From positions 1,472,001 to 1,536,000 of the forward strand of contig CAVWVI010000003.1 in the NCBI GenBank assembly GCA_963758495.1: 64,000 nucleotides of DNA. Direction: 5' to 3'. The notes below the pieces were generated by a model. That model did not search any database and had not been told where the DNA came from. It saw only the letters and a program-made list of their open reading frames with translations. Source of the stretch: Oligoflexia bacterium (lineage in GTDB: Bacteria > Bdellovibrionota > UBA1018). Positions within the stretch are counted from its first letter, which is position 1. Every line of letters starts with the position of its first letter. Shown in pieces: positions 61,024 to 64,000 of the stretch. Both the position numbers and the translations under genes were made by a program.

Positions 61024-61995
61024 TCAGCAATCTGCTGATCCCGGTTGTACATTATCAACATTACCGTCAGCAAAAACCGGCTGCCCCCCAACATCTTTAG
61101 CTACATCTCTAGTTAATTTGGTTAATCTAGGTTGAGTAACTTTAGCTTGCTCATACACATGGTTCAATAACTCCTTCCTTAGCTCTCCCCCATGCTCTTT
61201 GTCTTGAGATTTTGCTATAATTTCCGGCGAGATTACCTTCCCTTGTGAATCACGAACCTCTTGATTTACAGTTTTTTTATCTACTTGAAATGGGTTTTTA
61301 TGATTTACACCACCTGTTGTTGCACTGGAATTTAATCCGTCTTTTACTGATTTGCCAGTGGTGTGAAATTCTTGCATTCTTTGAAGATTTCTTTGGGCTT
61401 TGCCTGGATCATTGAAGGTTCCATAAATGGGATTGGAATTAATTTCACCATTTGATTTTGTTCTATTATGTATATTTTGAAATTTACTATCATTCCGAAG
61501 TTCGCGAACCTCGCTTATAGTGCCATTTGGACTTTTTAATTGAGCAGAGACTGTCGAATTCTCATTTAGGCCCGTTTCAGTGTGGCGATATGAATGCTTA
61601 TTGTCGATCGAGTTGTTCATCTCATTTTGAAAAAAGTGGAGTTCCTTTTCAGATCCAAACTTATGAGTCACTGACACAGAATTACCATTATGAAGCTGCA
61701 TATCAATTTTAGTGGAAACACTTCCTGTCGGAGTCGCAGGATCAGGATGTACGATCATTTTTTTTATAGGTTGTTTTTCTAAACTTTCTTTTCTTTTAAT
61801 GGAGGAAGTCGTTTTCAATAGGGGTAATCTTTTTCTTGTTTCGTTAACCCTTGAAGACCTTGGGCCGGTTTTAGGTTGTCCAGGCTGGTCAGATGAATTT
61901 GTTGCAAACACCTGTTTAATTACCAGGTCATTACGAGAAACATAGACAGCGACGAAAAGTAAAAAAAAGCGAATTAATTTTTTGCAGAGTAACAT
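61024..61995 (-). CDS. Hypothetical secreted protein
   Basis: 323-aa ORF with an N-terminal signal-like segment and a polar, low-complexity body. Confidence 0.6.
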   Translation of the reverse strand: MLLCKKLIRFFLLFVAVYVSRNDLVIKQVFATNSSDQPGQPKTGPRSSRVNETRKRLPLLKTTSSIKRKESLEKQPIKKMIVHPDPATPTGSVSTKIDMQLHNGNSVSVTHKFGSEKELHFFQNEMNNSIDNKHSYRHTETGLNENSTVSAQLKSPNGTISEVRELRNDSKFQNIHNRTKSNGEINSNPIYGTFNDPGKAQRNLQRMQEFHTTGKSVKDGLNSSATTGGVNHKNPFQVDKKTVNQEVRDSQGKVISPEIIAKSQDKEHGGELRKELLNHVYEQAKVTQPRLTKLTRDVAKDVGGQPVFADGNVDNVQPGSADC

Positions 61996-62002
61996 GCCTT
62001 AT

Positions 62003-63073
62003 ATGAAATTATATCTATCTGGAGTCCTTATTTTTATTGTAACGACTATTTTTAGCTTTTCTTCAGCCATTTCCATGGCTGCGCCTTCATCAGAAGGGCC
62101 AGAAATACCCAGCACCTCAATCACAAATAAGCCTACAGAGCTAAAACAAAAAAATAACAAGACTAGCGATGAAATCAGTCTTCTTCCAAAGGAAATGCAA
62201 GTTCATATTTTGAAGTATTTTACCACTAAGGAACTAGCAAAGATTAAAGAGGTCAATACAACTTTCAATTGTACTGCTCAAGATCGTCAGGTCAGAAAAG
62301 CTGGAGAAGAAAACTCTTTAAAGTTTCTTACTGAAGTAGGTATTCGCATGATTTCCCTTCCTGGTGGCACTTTTATGATGGGAAGTCCTGAAAATGAATC
62401 TGATGACAGATATGAAGAGGATTTGCATAAAGTTGAGCTCAGTCCGTTTAAAGTGACCCAATCTAAAATCACTCGCGCGCAATGGAGAAAGATCATGGGA
62501 TCAGATCCAAATTGCTCAGAATTCACTGCCGAGGATAAACAAACCTGGAATCAGTGCCCTGATTGTCCTGTCACTTACGTCTCTTGGAATGATATTCAAA
62601 GATTCATTGCGGTCCTAAAAAAACATGGAATCAAAGCAGATCTCCCTACCGAAGCCCAACAAGAATTTTATATGAGAGGCAAAAATCCAGATGGCACTGT
62701 AGTACAATCTGCATTTCCGTGGGGTAATGATCGCAACCTACTTCATCAACATGCTTGGTTTAGCGGAAATAATGAATATCTCCTTCATCCCGTTGGAACG
62801 ACTCCTATTAAGGAAAATACGTGGGGACTTTTTGACGCCATTGGGAATGCAGACGAATGGTCAAGGAATGAATATGCGCGAGCGAAGACTAGAGATCCTA
62901 TGAAAACAACTAAGGACCCAATAGGTAGCGATGATAACCATTTAACTAGTATACATGGAGGCTGTCAACCAGAAGAGTGCCGCCCTGCTAGCCATAGATT
63001 AGGGGAAAAAAAGGCTCGGAGTAATTGCACTAGCTTTCGTTTTGTAATCGAACAGGAGCCGAGTAAAAAATAA
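62003..63073 (+). CDS. Secreted protein with F-box-like motif and FGE-sulfatase (SUMF1/EgtB/PvdO) domain
   Basis: Signal peptide; LLPKEMQVHILKYFTTKELAKIKEVNTTFN; then PGGTFMMGS, PVTYVSWND, LPTEAQQE, FPWG, NTWGLFDAIGNADEW, SFRFV; start could be 61994. Confidence 0.8.
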   Translation: MKLYLSGVLIFIVTTIFSFSSAISMAAPSSEGPEIPSTSITNKPTELKQKNNKTSDEISLLPKEMQVHILKYFTTKELAKIKEVNTTFNCTAQDRQVRKAGEENSLKFLTEVGIRMISLPGGTFMMGSPENESDDRYEEDLHKVELSPFKVTQSKITRAQWRKIMGSDPNCSEFTAEDKQTWNQCPDCPVTYVSWNDIQRFIAVLKKHGIKADLPTEAQQEFYMRGKNPDGTVVQSAFPWGNDRNLLHQHAWFSGNNEYLLHPVGTTPIKENTWGLFDAIGNADEWSRNEYARAKTRDPMKTTKDPIGSDDNHLTSIHGGCQPEECRPASHRLGEKKARSNCTSFRFVIEQEPSKK

Positions 63074-63594
63074 TAGTACGATAATTATAGAAATTTTCCA
63101 TTCTCGAATTCCTTTTAATCATACACTTGAAATTAAACAATACGACACGCCGAGCTATAATATTGCCGGACAGTACGTAAAGAGATATTTTTGGAGCAAC
63201 TAAAGTCAGGCCACCCAGGAGACCCATATCCCGAATACCAAGGCTACTTCCGTAGGTAAGGCTCAATTTGATTTGTATGAGAATTTCTAAGGCGTCACCT
63301 GCCACCAAACTTTCCCATTTTCACCTAGCCAGACCAAGTACTCACAGGGCATCAGGTTCCATCACGTTCTAAGTTGATTGAGGGTTAAGTTGTTGATTTG
63401 ATTAAATACTACTATCATATTCACAGTTTACAAAAGTAGGGATTTCATTCCCTCCTCCTGAGCCAATTACCATCGGCGTACGAATCGCCGGTAAATTTAA
63501 TGGGGTATTTAAGTGTAATTGCTTAAATATCCCGCTTTTTTTGTATTTTAAGTTGAGTTATTTAATCGGAATAAGAATTAGCTCAGGAGCTTCA

Positions 63595-63783
63595 TCACTT
63601 TTTCTTTGCTAATTTCTGCTCGTAAATCTCGATTAGTTTTAAGACCGACCCTGGGATTGTATGTTCGCCGTTCTCCCATTGAGAGATTGAGCTGAAACCC
63701 ACCATACATACTTTCGCAAGGTCACGAACGGTCATTCCCATCTGAATTCGAAATTTTTTTAGGCGGGCACCCCCGTCACCCAC
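63595..63783 (-). CDS. XRE-family helix-turn-helix protein
   Basis: LKKFRIQMGMTVRDLA...SSISQWENGEHTIP. Confidence 0.8.
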   Translation of the reverse strand: MGDGGARLKKFRIQMGMTVRDLAKVCMVGFSSISQWENGEHTIPGSVLKLIEIYEQKLAKKK

Positions 63784-63854
63784 TCTTAATGGAAGAGGGT
63801 CCTTCCAACGGTTCCTCTCAACCCATTTTTGCGGGCTTAGTCGGAGTTGGAGAA

Positions 63855-63980
63855 ATCGAAAAAATGCAAAAAGTAGTCTCTAAGTATTTCGGACTCAAGA
63901 CTCATGATCTAAACGCCGCAACTCGCGTAAAAGAAGTGGCGATACCCAGGCAAATTGCGATCTACTTAATTCGAAAGTAG
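63855..63980 (+). pseudogene. Orphan DnaA C-terminal (domain IV) fragment
   Basis: IEKMQKVVSKYFGLKTHDLNAATRVKEVAIPRQIAIYLIRK, then TAG; no AAA+ domain upstream. Confidence 0.7.
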
Positions 63981-64000
63981 ACAAGACAATGATCTTGATA

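Larger units (their letters stand above)
60834..63465. mobile_element. Islet 2 between the second and third tRNA-Asn 3'-end copies (no integrase)
   Basis: TCCCTCCTCCTGAGCCAATTA at 60834-60854 and 63449-63469; AT-rich cargo. Confidence 0.75.

Noticed and set aside
60974..61040. Short minus-strand frame DQQIAETQKKMDEKLSSILKQ as the tail of a deleted integrase
   Set aside because: Only about 21 codons, with no catalytic motif, and it coincides with a terminator hairpin; not supportable.
62900..63450. Diversity-generating retroelement targeting the FGE domain
   Set aside because: No template repeat of the 3' end and no reverse transcriptase were seen in the window; a remote DGR cannot be excluded.

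Overview
Bacterial chromosome segment. A Bdellovibrionota/Oligoflexia-like origin is inferred from gene content only. Left to right: (i) the 5' part of mfd. (ii) Two complex I (nuo) clusters 33 bp apart. The first has 11 genes (A,B,C,D,H,I,J,K,L,M,N; no E/F/G). Its ORFs are intact and keep all Fe-S ligands, but they have lost nearly all conserved charged residues for quinone binding and proton pumping. The second is a canonical 14-gene cluster with about 8 single-base indels, probably sequencing errors. (iii) A large TPR membrane protein, then an accessory block ending at tRNA-Ser(TGA). (iv) Housekeeping genes: serS and leuS (with a perfect 28-bp inverted repeat between them), prs-pth-ychF with no rplY, a lytic transglycosylase and a ferredoxin. 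(v) tRNA-Asn(GTT), whose 17-bp 3' end recurs twice downstream and delimits tandem islands. The 14.8-kb island holds a Lamassu/ABC-3C system, a truncated integrase, two IS21 elements, a metallophosphoesterase-STAND NTPase, AbiE and a DUF6516/HTH TA-like pair. The 2.6-kb islet encodes a secreted F-box + FGE-sulfatase protein. An XRE HTH gene and an orphan DnaA domain-IV fragment end the window. The best candidate for an undescribed system is the charge-stripped complex I paralog. All family calls are by-eye motif recognition; no searches were run.
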